This document shows, piece after piece, positions 50,801 to 63,874 of a DNA stretch of 64,000 nucleotides. The stretch's first letter is position 1. The number at the start of each line of letters is the position of its first letter. Position numbers and translations under genes: made by a program. Location of the stretch: positions 1,612,001 to 1,676,000 of the forward strand of contig CM106586.1 of NCBI GenBank assembly GCA_048013815.1, written 5' to 3'. The DNA is from Setoptus koraiensis. Taxonomy: Eukaryota > Animalia > Arthropoda. Under the pieces are notes generated by a model, which worked only from the letters and a program-made list of their open reading frames with translations, made no database searches and had not been told where the DNA came from.

Positions 50801-53800
50801 AGTCTAGCCTGTTGTGGCAATCAAAGAGTGACTGTCAATCAGATGAGCCGGCCTGCCCGCCCGCCTGTCACTCAATCAGCCAAACAGGGTGGCCAGCTGA
50901 TGGGGTAGCTCGGACACAATTTGGCTACTCTACAGCAACTCCAGCTGACCATTCACTTCACCGGCTGACCGGTAGTGAAGAAGTTGAGCTGATTGTGAGT
51001 GCAGAAGCGGAATATCGGCACACAAGAAATAGGAGCTTGTCCTGTGAGTTTGCACAGACAGATGTGTCAGTGAGACAGTGTTGCCAGGTAAAACTGGAAG
51101 GGGTTTCTCTGTATCGCTTACCTTGTGATGTGTTTGACCGTTCATCAGTCGCTTCTTCTTCTTCCTTCAACTAAAATTATCAACTACAATTTCAGCCCGA
51201 CTGAGCCTAAAAGTCAGCTGAGTATTGAGTCAACGTTCACAACAAACCAAACAGGTGACCAGCAAGCGATTGTGTGGGATTAGAAGTGCGAATGCAATTT
51301 GCTGGCGCGAACACAACGAACGCAAATCGCTACGAACTGCCGCTACGAACTCTAGCGATGAGTGCTAAATTTTCGGCAGGCAAGCAGACAGATAGATAGA
51401 AATAATGAGAATGGAGAACAACAAAAAACAATGCAAATACATTGTCTATTCGACAATCGGACCAATGGAGGCGCGTTGAACTGCAACTGAGGCTGCAAAA
51501 GTCTGTGTCAGCGGAATATTGGAGTAGCAGCCAGCGACATGGAGATGATGATAATAGTGATGATCACCTTTCATTAGCGTTAGTTTGCCGCCGCCATTGA
51601 CCATTACCACAGCTAAACCGACTGTTCATCTGGCTGCATTTTGGAAAAGCGTCAGACAGATATAATAAGTCTGCTGCCGCCGCTGCTATCCAATTGCAGT
51701 TGTCGGCGAACGTGTAACATCAACTTCAAATTTCGAACCTGGGCTCATATACCAACTCAAACCGGACTGCCAGTGACACTGCCAGTAAGTGTTGGCTGTC
51801 GCTGCCAGACGACCGAGATGAGACAGACTGGGCCGGTTTGGCGCTAGACGACACTGGCAAATTGATAATGATAATAATAATAATGTGACCATCGCACCTA
51901 TAAAGATGCACGTTTTGCGCACGCCTCACGCTCGAGTGACATTCTTGCACGGGTTCGCTCTCTCTCTGGCGTGTTGTCAGAGAGATTATACATATGCAAG
52001 ATATGTTGTAGCATATACGTTGTTTTCGTGATGTATTGTGCCTCAGTAAATGCAACTAGTGGAGCCATGCAAACGAGCACAGTTACCTTTGTTTGGTGGC
52101 TCTCGTGCAACTTTACCTGGCTCTCTACCTGTCTGATATGCATGCATTTATTGGCACAGTTGAATATGCAAAAGTAGAGTAATTGAATTGGCGCACAATG
52201 GTCATCTGCTGGCCTGGCGTTGCGCGCGAGCTGCCCAGCATATGCTAATGATGCCATGCGATGCCGTGTGATGCCATGTTGTGGCCGCTCATCACAGGTG
52301 ATGACTCCGTCTGGCGCTAGTTATAGATTTCGGCCGCAGTTGAGACCATGATTAATGTAAATGGATCCGCGGCCGACGCTTAGAGCGGAGGGCGTGCGTC
52401 TTGGAGTATCACGGACACGGCCAAAGTGAGACAAAGTATCCTGCGAGTATCCACTTTCAGCTGGGCTCCACACCAGTCACACCGCAGGCCTGCTATCTGG
52501 CCAAATAAAACTGCGAATGGCCAAGAAGCGCCAGGTAATTAGCGGTAAAATGAGCGGTATAATTAACTAACGATAAATCATCATTTATTTCTCGTTGTTT
52601 GCTTGCCGCTGCTCGCCGCGTGTGTGTGTGTGTGCTGTCAGCCATCATTTGGGCCAGTCGCAGCCCTCAGCCCAATTTAGCTAACCCAATGCCTGGATTT
52701 AGTGATTGGTCTTTGCTCGTGTTGGCCCGAGCCGGCCGAAATTCAGCGATTTCAGTTACACATTCAGTCCATTTGCTTATTGTGGCCGGCGTGTCACAAC
52801 CTAACGCTCACCTGAAGCAGCCCGGCCAATATGTACATACGTATATAGTCCTGAGGCGCTGTTTGTCGAGACTGCACAATTGCATCATCGCCCAGTCCGC
52901 TATAGTGATGAGTAAAATGAGAGTCTAGTGACTGCTGTAAGTAACAACATTAGGCAACAGCAGTCATAATGAGTCGCTGGCTCGAGCCGCCGAAGCAACA
53001 AGATTTGCCAGAAAAACCAAATAAAGAATATCGATTACCGAATATTGTAGAGAATTGTGTTTGCTAGCGTCGCTGGTTAGCGCCAGTTTGTTTGTTGCGC
53101 TATAGCTACAACAACAGCAACAGCAACGGCAACAACAATTTCAATAATAATCAATAATAATCGCTCGCCTCTAATATGGCCCGATGGAGCCTGGCCCTAT
53201 TAGAAATATCAGACACAATTATGGCATTGTGGCAATTCGTTTGCAGTTGGTAAACGTTGCCAGTAAATTATATGTTGCGTTTTTGCGCACACAACACGTT
53301 TAAAGTTTGAGCTGTGAGCTCTTGAAACGGAAAAGTTCATCTGTTTGCTCTTTGCTTTTTATCACTTTACAAGCAGAGTAATACATGGATCGAGCAGGAA
53401 TATTGTGTGCGTCTGGCAAGCCGACACAGAATCAACATCAACTGGCATGAGTGCAGCTGAGGGGACAATGAAATGAATCCAAGTGAATCAATCACTATCA
53501 ATTATTGGATAGCTATTGGATATCCATGCCACACAATGGCTAGAATAAAATGGATAGATTTGCACCGTTACAGCCATGAAATATGATGCCATGAGCGGGC
53601 ATGAGATGACTCTTCTTTGTTCGCTTCGTTGGCCGGCCGTTTGGTTGGTTGGTTGGCTGCTTTCGTTGCCATCGGAACGTGATTTACTTCTTTTTTGCTG
53701 GCGACGTTCCATCGTTGGACTTGCCTCATCACGACCCATACAAACTCAGCCTGCGAGTTTGTGCAACGTCCAAAATGAAAATTACAGCCTGCGCTCGTAG

Positions 53801-55837
53801 CCTATATATCGGCCATTTGGGCCCCCGTTGTAGCTGCATTTGTTGTTGCCGTTGTTGCTGTTGCGCCAAACAAACGATTGCTTCAGAGTGCATTGATTTT
53901 GCCCATTATCCGCTCTTGTCATTGTATTATCGGGCGTGATGATGATATAGAAACATATTTCTATATGGTCGGGCAAGGCATTGTTGCATTGTCGATTGGT
54001 CGAGCTAGTGCGAGCGTGATCTTACAAAAGAAGCGCACAAAAGAAGCGTGCTTTTTTGTTTGTTATTGGGCAAGCGAGCCAGCCGAGCAGACGCACACTT
54101 GTTTTATCGCTTCAATGTATCTTTTAGCTCGATGGCAACATGTGGTATGTCGAGGTGCACTGATGTGCACGCAATATCGCCGACAATGGTCGACAATTTA
54201 AACAATCAAAGTGGCATGGCGAATAATGGTTCACTAGGCGATGTGCCCAATGTCAATAGCGACGACAATAGGCACGCCTCTGATCGCTAAAGTGGCGAAT
54301 AATGATAATAATGCTCCCAGATAAAGCAGCGAATCTGTGGCGACGCGCGCAGACAAAGAATGCGGATTTGTTGAGATCGAGCGGTTTGTGTGTCATTTGT
54401 TTGTCGTGCGAGTCATGCGATATCTTGCATTATCCGACAGTGTCAATGTGACCGTTACCAACTCAACGGTACGTGATAATCTGCGATCGTGTCGCATGCA
54501 ACCCATAGTTAGAGGAGGAAAGTTACACGCATTTTAGTGACACAGTGTATATTATCAGTGTGTCGCCTCGTATGCCAACAATGGCCAGGCAACCTGTTCA
54601 TGGTGCATCAATAGTCTAGTCGGCGTATTGTAATGGTCAGTTGATCAGGTGCCGCCAGGGGGCTGACAGTGTCATCGGAAAGAGCAAACACAAGCGATGG
54701 TAAACAAACAACTTTGGTTTGCATTGAACAGACAGCGAGTAACGTTACACTTTGCAAACAATATGTTGCTGTGTCGCAATTGTTCATTGTTTTAGCTACG
54801 TCATGAGCTCGCTTCTAAGGTTACATTACGTCAGCACGTATCCTTGAATAGGTGTCATGTGTCAGCTGGTTCGTTTATATAGTTTATATAGTGTGTGTGT
54901 GTTGAGTCAACAGTCGACAGTGAACAATCATGAGCATGAACCAGTGAACAGGTTGCATAATAGCTGTTAAGTGGCCGCCAAAGTGAGTAGCTCATAAGTG
55001 AATAGTTATTATTGGATTAGGCAGCTCATTTCTCAAGTGACTGCTGCTTTATAATTGCATAACGTGGGCGGATAGTTGGCATCCTTGATTTGTTGGGATC
55101 ACATTGAAAGTGACTGTGAGATATGCGGGTGTTGACGCGCATAGTATGACGCTCATACTGTGACGCTACCATTGCGATATGGCCCGCTCATTGTGGGACG
55201 AGTCGGTGAATTATGCGCATGATGATACATGTGCAATTGTGTATTATGTGTATATCGAGAAGTGAATCAGGTGGCGAGCGAGCAACACCTTGTTAATGTG
55301 TGACGATAACGTATGGCAACGCTTAAAATGCAAATGATTGGCAAGAGGCAACGAGCCAAAAACAATGATACTGGCATGCGTATGGCGCCTATACACTTAC
55401 ACTTGTTAAGAGGGCAATAGGCGTGCTGTTGGCAGCACTTGAGCCACCTATTACCTGGCCCAGCTCACCTGGCTACCTCACAGCTGAGCTGGCCTTACCT
55501 GTCGGCACAGTGAGACTGGGTGGTCGACGGACGAGGCATGAGTGACTGCACTGACACAGCTTGTAAGAAGCTTCAAGTGGCCAGGCCCACTCACTCATCA
55601 TACTATTTGAATTCAGCAACTGCACAGACAGATGATGATCAAGCGGTCATCTGGTGGCAAGTTCAAAAGGAGCATTATTATTATTAAGGGCGCCACCTTG
55701 TAACACGCAAGGCACTGTTGCGTGAACTGAAACATTAGCGTATATCGTGTTACTGCTGCTGTTGCATGCACGACCGAGTGGCACCCATCGCTGGCTAGCG
55801 AAACTGGCCAACGAGTCGGCCACTCAACCAATCGGCC

Positions 55838-55879
55838 AGTCGGCAAGTCGGCGAGTCGGCGAGTCGGCGAGTCGGCGAA
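55838..55879. repeat. 8-bp tandem repeat (GAGTCGGC)~5
   Basis: agtcggcaagtcggcgagtcggcgagtcggcgagtcggcga. Confidence 0.9.
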
Positions 55880-58140
55880 TAAATAAAAGAAGAACAAAAG
55901 TCAAAATGACAAGGGGAAGGGCGCCAGGTGAGAATCACACGAAAATCAATTGTGTCTCATAGCGAGAGAAGCGAAAGTTGTTGGCTTCTTCTTCTTGCTT
56001 GGCTGACTTGTCTTATTCTCTCAGCCTTCTATTTCTTGTCTACAGTCTTCTCATCTAGTGTACATGCCAAGCTTTTGTTGTTGCCAGTTACAGTTTGCTG
56101 CCAGTTTAAGTGACTTTTCTAAACTTGTCAGCCACACACACACTGGCAGTGTGGCCAAATGAGTGTGAATGAATCACAGTTTCACATCTACATCATTGCC
56201 AATATAGCACCGAGCCAGTGATAAAATAAAGTATAATGTAAATCGATCGAGTGAACGCATTCCAATAGATTGGCACTGTGTGGCAATTTGTTCACTTGGC
56301 TAGACCGTCAATGTCTTTATCTTGTCAGTGGACGCTGCCGGCGACAAGTTTGCACCCAACAGAACTCACTCTCGCTAAGAGTGTGTCGCTAAAAGTAGCC
56401 GTGAGATAATGCGCTCGTTGTGGCTTTCTGGGCCCACTCACATATACTCATACAAACATACTCAGTAGTCAGTTGTCAACGAGGGCGACTACTCAGAGCT
56501 CACAATACACATACACACCACACCGTGAGGCAGCGTCCCATTCGAGCTGGCCCTTCCGTATTGCTTGTGTGGCGCCTATAGAGTAACTAATAACTTTGTC
56601 TACTCTCACTTGGTCACGCCATATAGGCAGCCTATAGTGTAATATAATAATAATATTATTATAATCAACTCTTCGTCTGCTTCCAGCATGAAAGTTGGCG
56701 CCAATTTCGGGCCAACTTTCATACATACTCTACTGATCTGGCTACTATCATTGCTATCATACCAATATAGAAAGCCCAATATAAATATTAAACACAATAC
56801 AATATGTAATAGTCGATACTATCGGCTATGTTTCCATAATTATGGTTAATTAATTTCATTCTGTGTGCAATTCACTGCGCCTATTCTGTTCGCCTATAAA
56901 TCTAGTGAGAAAATGTAGTTTTTAAACAGTCATTATCGGCTCATTAAACTGATTAAATGGATTTGTTACGATACAACTGTGCGTATGTTGTGCTGGTTTT
57001 GTTGCGTCTACAACTAGCAGCGATCAGCTATCAGCGTTGCACAACAACAACTACAACAGCAACAACAGCAATATTAAACAATAACAACCATAAAAATATA
57101 ATAGTAGTAATAATAGTTTCAATAATAAGAGCTGCGTTGTCATTGTTTTAGCTACTGCTGACCAGATGCCACTCGCCCCCTACCGGTGGGCACCATTTAG
57201 ATTAGTGGGTTGACGCCGCCCTTTTGGTTCGCTTCACTGACAACTCACTGGCTTGTGAGCTGTTGTGTTGTGGCTCTGGCGAGTGACCACACTGTGACCG
57301 GTCACAGATACAAAAATAGCCAGGCGTAAGGTAAAATAAAAAAGGCGCCTCTAGGAATGGGCAGCAAACACGGTTGTTGCAGTTGTTGCAGTTATAGTGG
57401 CAGTAGTACCAACAACAACAGTTGTTAGCCGCGTGAAAGTTGGCCTCTCAAACTATGAAACTGCGCTCTCACAGTTGGCCCCCTCCCCCTTACCTGTTCG
57501 TAGTGTCATATTGAAACTGGCCAGTATATTACACAATGAGACTTGTCAGCTGGCAGCAGCGGCTTGTCAACTAACAGTGGCACGTGTGTGAGTGCACTGA
57601 GCTGAGTGATCGATTTAATTGTATGGCCAAGTTGCATAAGTTGCATAAGTGGTTGTAGTGAATTGCGTAACTCACGCAATACACATTTCGCAATTTGAAT
57701 CAGGCTTTATAAGCGTATACACGGCGCGACACGTTTCAGTGTTTTTACAGCCTAGTTACACAACAACATGCACACACTCAGTTGAACATACAGTAGCTCA
57801 TAGCTCTAATTAGGCCTAGGTGAGTGATCGAGACACACAAACAATAACAGCAACAACAGTGGTGGCATGATAAAGGTCACTATTGTGCAACTAATCGCAA
57901 GGCTAACACAATGTGCACTATAAATTGTGCCTATAACACTCTTATCAGCGTGCTCTTGCTCTGTCGGTTGCAAGCTTTTGGCCGCTAACCATGACCATTG
58001 GTAACAAAACGATGAATAATAATTACGTAAGCAGCCAAAGCCGCAACAACGCAAGTGTTATTATTGGATTAGTTAGCAATGGCAATTTGTGGCAAAATGT
58101 GCAAACAATTAATCATTCAACTGATTACCAATCGATTAGT

Positions 58141-58172
58141 GCACGCTGACCACTGTTCAGTGGTCAGTGTGC
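58141..58172. repeat. 32-nt near-perfect hairpin
   Basis: gcacgctgaccactg-tt-cagtggtcagtgtgc; the single stem mismatch is a G-T(U) pair. Confidence 0.85.
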
Positions 58173-59690
58173 AGTGCCAGACTAAGACTAGCTGAGGCTA
58201 ATAATAGCAATAATAACCTATATTAAGTAGTATAATTACATGCTACCAGCGACTGCATGCAAATGCCGCCACCTTAGTATCGACTAACTGAATCTAATGT
58301 AATAATCTCTCTCTCTCTATCTCTTGCCCGCCTTGCTCGTCTCTCTCGGGCGACACGCCGCCCCAAATTAGCGCTCTCTAATTAGAACCTATCAACTGGC
58401 TTAACGAATCCACTCTAGTTGCGCCACGCTCAAGATGCACTCTCGATGCAAACTTTGCCACAACATATCTATATAATGGGTGCTGTTTATTGTGCCATTA
58501 GCTGGCATCAACTATCTTGCAGCTAGCAGAAGCCCCAAGCAAGGCTCGCAAAAATTCAACTGCACCCATAATTCCGTGCCACTTCTGCAACTGGGATAAA
58601 GCTTGGTGTTTTTTAAATTCAAGCACACGCACAAAGCGCCCTGTTACGTAAGCAATTTATGCTAGGCGCAATGAGAGTAGCAATGCAAGTAGTGGTAGTA
58701 ATGATAAATAGATGGCACACTTAATAGTGGCAACAAGCAGATAATTTAGCAGTGCCTGTGACCCAGGCGAAGGTCAGCTCTCTCTCTCTGTCTGCCTTTT
58801 GTGTTGTTCGCCAATATTAGCCAAGTCAAAGAACGAGCCTGTTTAAGTGGGCCGAAGAAGCTGAAAAAAGGCAAAAAAGGAGCTGTCAGGATGGCCGGCG
58901 AGCAAAATGAAAGAAGTTATTTTATTTATGCAAAGTGCGGATCTTTTTCCTCGTCATGTCGAATCCGTCATTGCACCAAACAACAACTGATAGTTGCGCT
59001 ATCATTTTATACATTTATACATTTGTGCATTTATACACTTGTCATGCATGTTCGGCTGTACATTTGCTTTGCTACATTGTAAGACGGCATACGAACGATG
59101 ATACGAAATGAAAAATGATACCAACTGACTCGTCGAAATCTCTCGCGTCTCTATGCAGCAGCTCGCGAGGCTTCCGCTGACTCGATAGCCTTTGTCCAGT
59201 GCTGGCGCATAGCGTTGCATTTTTGCTTCTTCTGTCTTGTTACACTTTCGGAATCACATCTCCAGATTCTGGAGTCCAGAAGCGATTGGCCGAAGCATTT
59301 GAGACGATTCGACCATCAGGCGCGGTTCTTCAACAACAGTACCAGACCAAGAGGGCAGGCCGGCCAACTGGCCCATCATTTGAGTGGTCGTCATCATCTG
59401 GTGATGGTGATGATGATGATGATCCACAGTCAGTTATCGCAAACTGTTATTGCTATACCGGCCCATTCTAATTGAATAATACCTGGGCCCGATAAATGGC
59501 TGAATTTGGCTGATAGTTTGCGATATTTGAGCGTTTCAAGTGACCGATAGAGGGCGCGCATCGTATTTCACATAGGCGTCATTGGTTGTGGTGCGGTGAT
59601 GAGGCCAGCAGACTGTAATAACTAGAGTATGGTGATTGGAACAGTTCAGTTTATAAACAGGCTCCTCTCTAACGACTGCGCTTCTGACGA

Positions 59691-59765
59691 CAACAGCAAC
59701 AACAGCAGCAACAACAGCAGCAACAACAACAGCAACAACAACAGCAACAACAACAACAACAACAA
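59691..59765. repeat. Compound CAA/CAG trinucleotide repeat
   Basis: Direct reading; reverse-complement type of the 26227-26295 repeat. Confidence 0.9.
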
Positions 59766-60821
59766 TTCGGATGATCCGACAGCCACAGCAGAAGCATCGC
59801 AGTCTTTATTCTGTTGTCAGTCTGTTTTGGCGTTGCTGTCTCTAATATATCATTATCTTGTTTCATGATCCAAAAACAAATACAACAGCGACAGTATAGA
59901 AGAAACTTGCGCCGACGACGACCAAGTGGAAGTAACAAATGACAAGCACGTTGTTGGCGTTGTTGTCAGTGGTCGTCGGTAGTTTCAGACTGTCGGCTGT
60001 GTCTGCAGTGTGTAATGTGAGAACAAGTCAGTCTATGTAAGGCCAGACTAGTGAGTTTTTTAGTTGCTGCTGCAAAGAGAGATTCGCTCAATAGTTGCCG
60101 TTGTTGTCACACATTGAAGCGCTCTCTTTTGGCCTCTCACTCGCTCGCTCTCTCCAAACACATCTCATTGTGGAAACATCTGAGACGGCCATGATCAAGA
60201 CTTGACGAAGATTTAAATTCGCTCACTTTTGCTTGTCATCTAGCTGTTGCCATTTCTACCGGTCGGCCCAACTCAGCTGATCCGATGCTCGTCAAATTAG
60301 GCAGACAGCGCGCTCTGCCTGGCGAGCAATTATCGTGTTGTCGGAGGGCGACCCTTCTTTCTCGCTCTTGCTGTCGTCGTTGTTGCTGTTGTTGTTTTTG
60401 TCTCACTATATGTAGATGCTTCAGACATAAACACACAGGTACAACAATCATCCTTGATCCGCCAATAGCTGACTGCTTGATTGGGTATGCGGCTGCACAA
60501 AGAATCGCACACAAGAAATCGCGCAAAGTACATTCGAGAGAAATCAACAACAATTGACTAGTTGGCCAAATCAAGGTGACAGGTGACGGCGATATCAGCT
60601 ATCATGTACGTATGTCTGGCCTGTCTCCTACTGAGCACTCTGCCAATGGTGGCTCTACATAGGATAGCTGATACAATGAAACACACCGCTAGGTGCTATA
60701 GGTCAGCGCACATGGTCTGGGTCGCTTCATCAACGTACATAGTTCATAGCAAGTATACATGATATAAATATATTTCATCAATAGTACATTTTATTCATAG
60801 TCTACATGATGCAACGTACAT

Positions 60822-61890
60822 TTAATGGAACCAGACCAGAGCCACTTCTAGCAGACAAAGAACAAAGTTTCGTTCATTTTCGCGCATAACCAAGTCATCC
60901 GTTTCAAATAGAAGACGGCCTAAAACATGAATTGAGCGACACCAATTAATAAAGTTGCACACATTGTCACGGGCGAGGAATGTTCCACTGTCTGCATTCA
61001 ATTTATGGGAAATATCTATGATCTTGTTCCAAAGTATCCGCAAATATTTTACATTATTCGACTTCATTCAACAAACTGTCTCTCTTCAACATTGAACTTT
61101 CTGCATTGGACAATTCGTGAGTGGCTGTAATCATGGCAGAGGTATTATTATCTACATGGGTATTACTTTTAAATATTAATTTTGTAGTTGATGGTTTTAA
61201 TTGACTTGAAGGCAGATTTGTTGATAGTAATGTTGGTGTTTTGATGAAAGCGAGCAATGACGACTTCCTTGCTGGTGTGGTGGAATCAATCTTTTTAGAT
61301 AGACTATTGGTGGTAGCTGTAATAGTTGATGAGGATTTAGTAACTTTTGGTGATGAGCAGTTTACTGAATTCAAACGATTTATATCACAATTGCCGACAT
61401 CTTTGCCAGTTGACTGACACTTGACTACCAGTGGTTCACTGTGGAGTGGGTGACTGGTGTGTCATGTGGGCACTGGCGACCTGGACGAATGGGGCGATGA
61501 TGAACTCGATGAGCCTAAATCAGACGAAACAGAGTGATGTGAGCTGGTCAAGAGTCCTCTTTTTGCTACATTTGTGTAGCAAAAAGAGACAGAGAGGAGA
61601 ATCGATTGTCATTATAAATATCTAGATTGCCGTAGAATCGAAAGGCCATTCAGCCGGGTCCTCTTTCATATCATACAACTATTGACGTTGGATTTGAATG
61701 GCCTAGGCTCAGTTGTTGGGTGCTGTTTTTATGGCTATCGTGAGGACATCCTGTGATGCAGGACGAGCTACGATGACTGGAGCTCTCATCTGATGAGCTT
61801 GAGGCATCCGAATAACTTTTTCAGAGCAATGCCAGACTGTTATTGTTTGTAAAAAGATCACTTTGGTTCGATGATTGATTGGTCAGTCGG
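60822..61890 (-). pseudogene. Inverted, internally deleted pseudogene copy of GAS2-like exon 1 (source ~5910-7470)
   Basis: Minus translation gives [49 protein letters not shown] and NSVNCSSPKVTKSSSTITATTNSLSKKIDSTT. 61261-61380 matches 6836-6955 at 115/120 nt. Frameshifts, a GGA>TGA stop and several deletions. Confidence 0.93.
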
Positions 61891-62251
61891 GACTTATGAC
61901 ACAAACAACTATCTATTGTGTGATGTTCGGTACGTAAATTTGTCACTCATCCAGCGAATAGATTGTATATACCATGAGGAAGATTTAACAGCAAATGCAT
62001 CATGTCGACAAAGACTACATCGTTATTTAGATTATCAAAGTCTAGGAATATGTAAGAGTCTAAAATTACAATGTATAACACTGACAAAATATAGTCGAAT
62101 ATATATGTGAATATAGTCGAATCACCTGTATTTCGATAATCGGTACATACATCGTACACTGCAAAATGACTTTATTGAATGCCAATAGATGGCGCCTCGA
62201 TCGGTGCAAAATTTTATTTGTGCTTCTTCTCCTATATTTCTTTATTATTTC

Positions 62252-63463
62252 TCAATTTTGTAACGATTTTGTGGATGCGTGAGTTTTCATATGTTTGGTC
62301 AGATGATCCGAGCGCATAAATTTCTTGGTACAAATCTGACACAGGAACTTCTTCTCTCCCGTATGGGTCCTGGTGTGTCGGTGTAGTTCGTCGCTACGTG
62401 TGAACGCTTTTGTGCACGTGGACCATCCACAAGCGAATGGTTTTTCGCCCGTGTGCCACCTCAAATGGGCCTTCAAATGTGAAGTTTTTCCATATTCTTT
62501 GAAGCAACCGGGCACATGACAACAGTGCATGTGCTTCTTAACGGTACCATTTGTGATATCGCCATTGGCACCATTAGTTATGGTGGAAATGGAGAGATCC
62601 GGCGGCATTCTTTCCAATTTCAAGCAATTGGGACAATCACAGGTTGCGCGACCAGTTAGGCGACGCTGCAATCTAGTGACAGTTGGCTTGCTTACTGCTG
62701 GCTTGGTAGTTGTGGTAGTGTTGTTGTTATGGTGTATTTGTGTGTTATGTAATTGTGTTGGCTGGTTTTGTTGTATTTGTTGTTTGTTGTTTGCTTGAAA
62801 CTGTTGGCTTTGCGTATCTTGATTGGCGCCAATGTTGAGCTCAATTTTGATACCATTAGAAGAATAAACACTGGCTGTTTGTTGGCTACTGCTGTTAGGA
62901 TTCTGTTGCTGCTGCTGCTGCTGTTGATTCTGGACAGCGATCGGGTGTTGATGTGGAAAGGTGGATGTTGAACAATAGCCAACATTATAAGCAGCAGCAT
63001 AGTTACTGGCATCGTAACTGGTATTTGTGGCCATCATTAATTGTTGCTGATGGTTGCTGTTTAAATGTTGCTGCTCTAAATGATTGCTGCTGAACAGGTG
63101 ATATGGCGTTGCATATCCGTGATGGTGACTTTGTCCACTGATTGTCAGATGGACTTGGTCGTTTGCCTGGTACTGCTGATGAAGCTGTTGCTGGTCGTAT
63201 TGGTGATGTTGGTGCACCATTTGGTGGTGTTGATAATTAGTTGCTGCTTGCTGTTGGGTAGTGGAACCTTGCTGATGGTTGTGGTGCTGATGGCTGTGGT
63301 GCTGATGGTGATGGTTGTATGGGGCCATCATAGTGCTGAAATTGTTTGAATGTGAACCAATCTCTGCAGTCTCATTGCCGGACATGCCGTAGCTTGCAAG
63401 ATGTTGGTGGTGATGATCTGGATGCGATGCCAGTTGTGCAAAATAGCTATCCATGGTAGCCAT
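62252..63463 (-). CDS. Sp6-9-type transcription factor copy B, 403 aa, buttonhead box + three C2H2 fingers
   Basis: [14 protein letters not shown]; [81 protein letters not shown] with canonical Sp recognition helices KTSHLKA/RSDELHR/RSDHLTK; AATAAA (tttatt on +) at ~62171 downstream of the stop. Confidence 0.93.
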   Translation of the reverse strand: MATMDSYFAQLASHPDHHHQHLASYGMSGNETAEIGSHSNNFSTMMAPYNHHHQHHSHQHHNHQQGSTTQQQAATNYQHHQMVHQHHQYDQQQLHQQYQANDQVHLTISGQSHHHGYATPYHLFSSNHLEQQHLNSNHQQQLMMATNTSYDASNYAAAYNVGYCSTSTFPHQHPIAVQNQQQQQQQQNPNSSSQQTASVYSSNGIKIELNIGANQDTQSQQFQANNKQQIQQNQPTQLHNTQIHHNNNTTTTTKPAVSKPTVTRLQRRLTGRATCDCPNCLKLERMPPDLSISTITNGANGDITNGTVKKHMHCCHVPGCFKEYGKTSHLKAHLRWHTGEKPFACGWSTCTKAFTRSDELHRHTRTHTGEKKFLCQICTKKFMRSDHLTKHMKTHASTKSLQN

Positions 63464-63874
63464 ATTATTACGTTATTATTTTGTCGATGTTGTTGTTATT
63501 ATTGTTCTAAAATAATAGTAATGATAAAAGTAAAGATTAAAAACGTTATAGTTCGAGAATTGTTTGAACTATATTGTTGTGGGCCGAGTGATTGTGCTGT
63601 TGTGCTTGCTTCGATTCGTGCTTCTATGGTCGCGTTTGATGGGCCCGTTCTGCGCATTTGTTCGATGTACGCATGCACTGTGTGCATATATTCGCAACAC
63701 TGAACACTGTACAGTGTGTGTGTGCGTGTGTGTGTGAGGGTGTTGTGATGCGCACATCGAACAAACTCAAACTGCTGACGAAATTCAAAAAGAGCGCCAA
63801 TGAACAAGAGTTCGTCAAAAAGTCTCTCGCAGAGAGATATCAAATTGAGTGACTCACACACAACAAATATACAA
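62796..63874 (-). repeat. Second copy of the duplicated Sp 5' flank/N-terminal segment
   Basis: Aligns with 46779-47869 with substitutions and small repeat-length indels. Confidence 0.92.

Noticed and set aside
56144-56154. TGGCAGTGTGG resembling the miR-34 5' end
   Set aside because: Match stops after 11 nt, sits in a CA-rich tract, and there is no pre-miRNA-length hairpin. Similar partial matches to miR-190 (~17751) and miR-12 (~21123) fail the same way.
59669-59938. Poly-Cys or poly-Asn ORFs (also 45918-46118, 26163-26351, 14382-14669)
   Set aside because: Translations of trinucleotide repeats or the antisense of a polyQ tract.
60822-63874. Duplicates as an uncollapsed haplotype or assembly artefact
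   Set aside because: Copies differ in orientation, carry many deletions and stops, and have distinct zinc-finger regions, which allelic variation would not explain. Long reads are still advisable.
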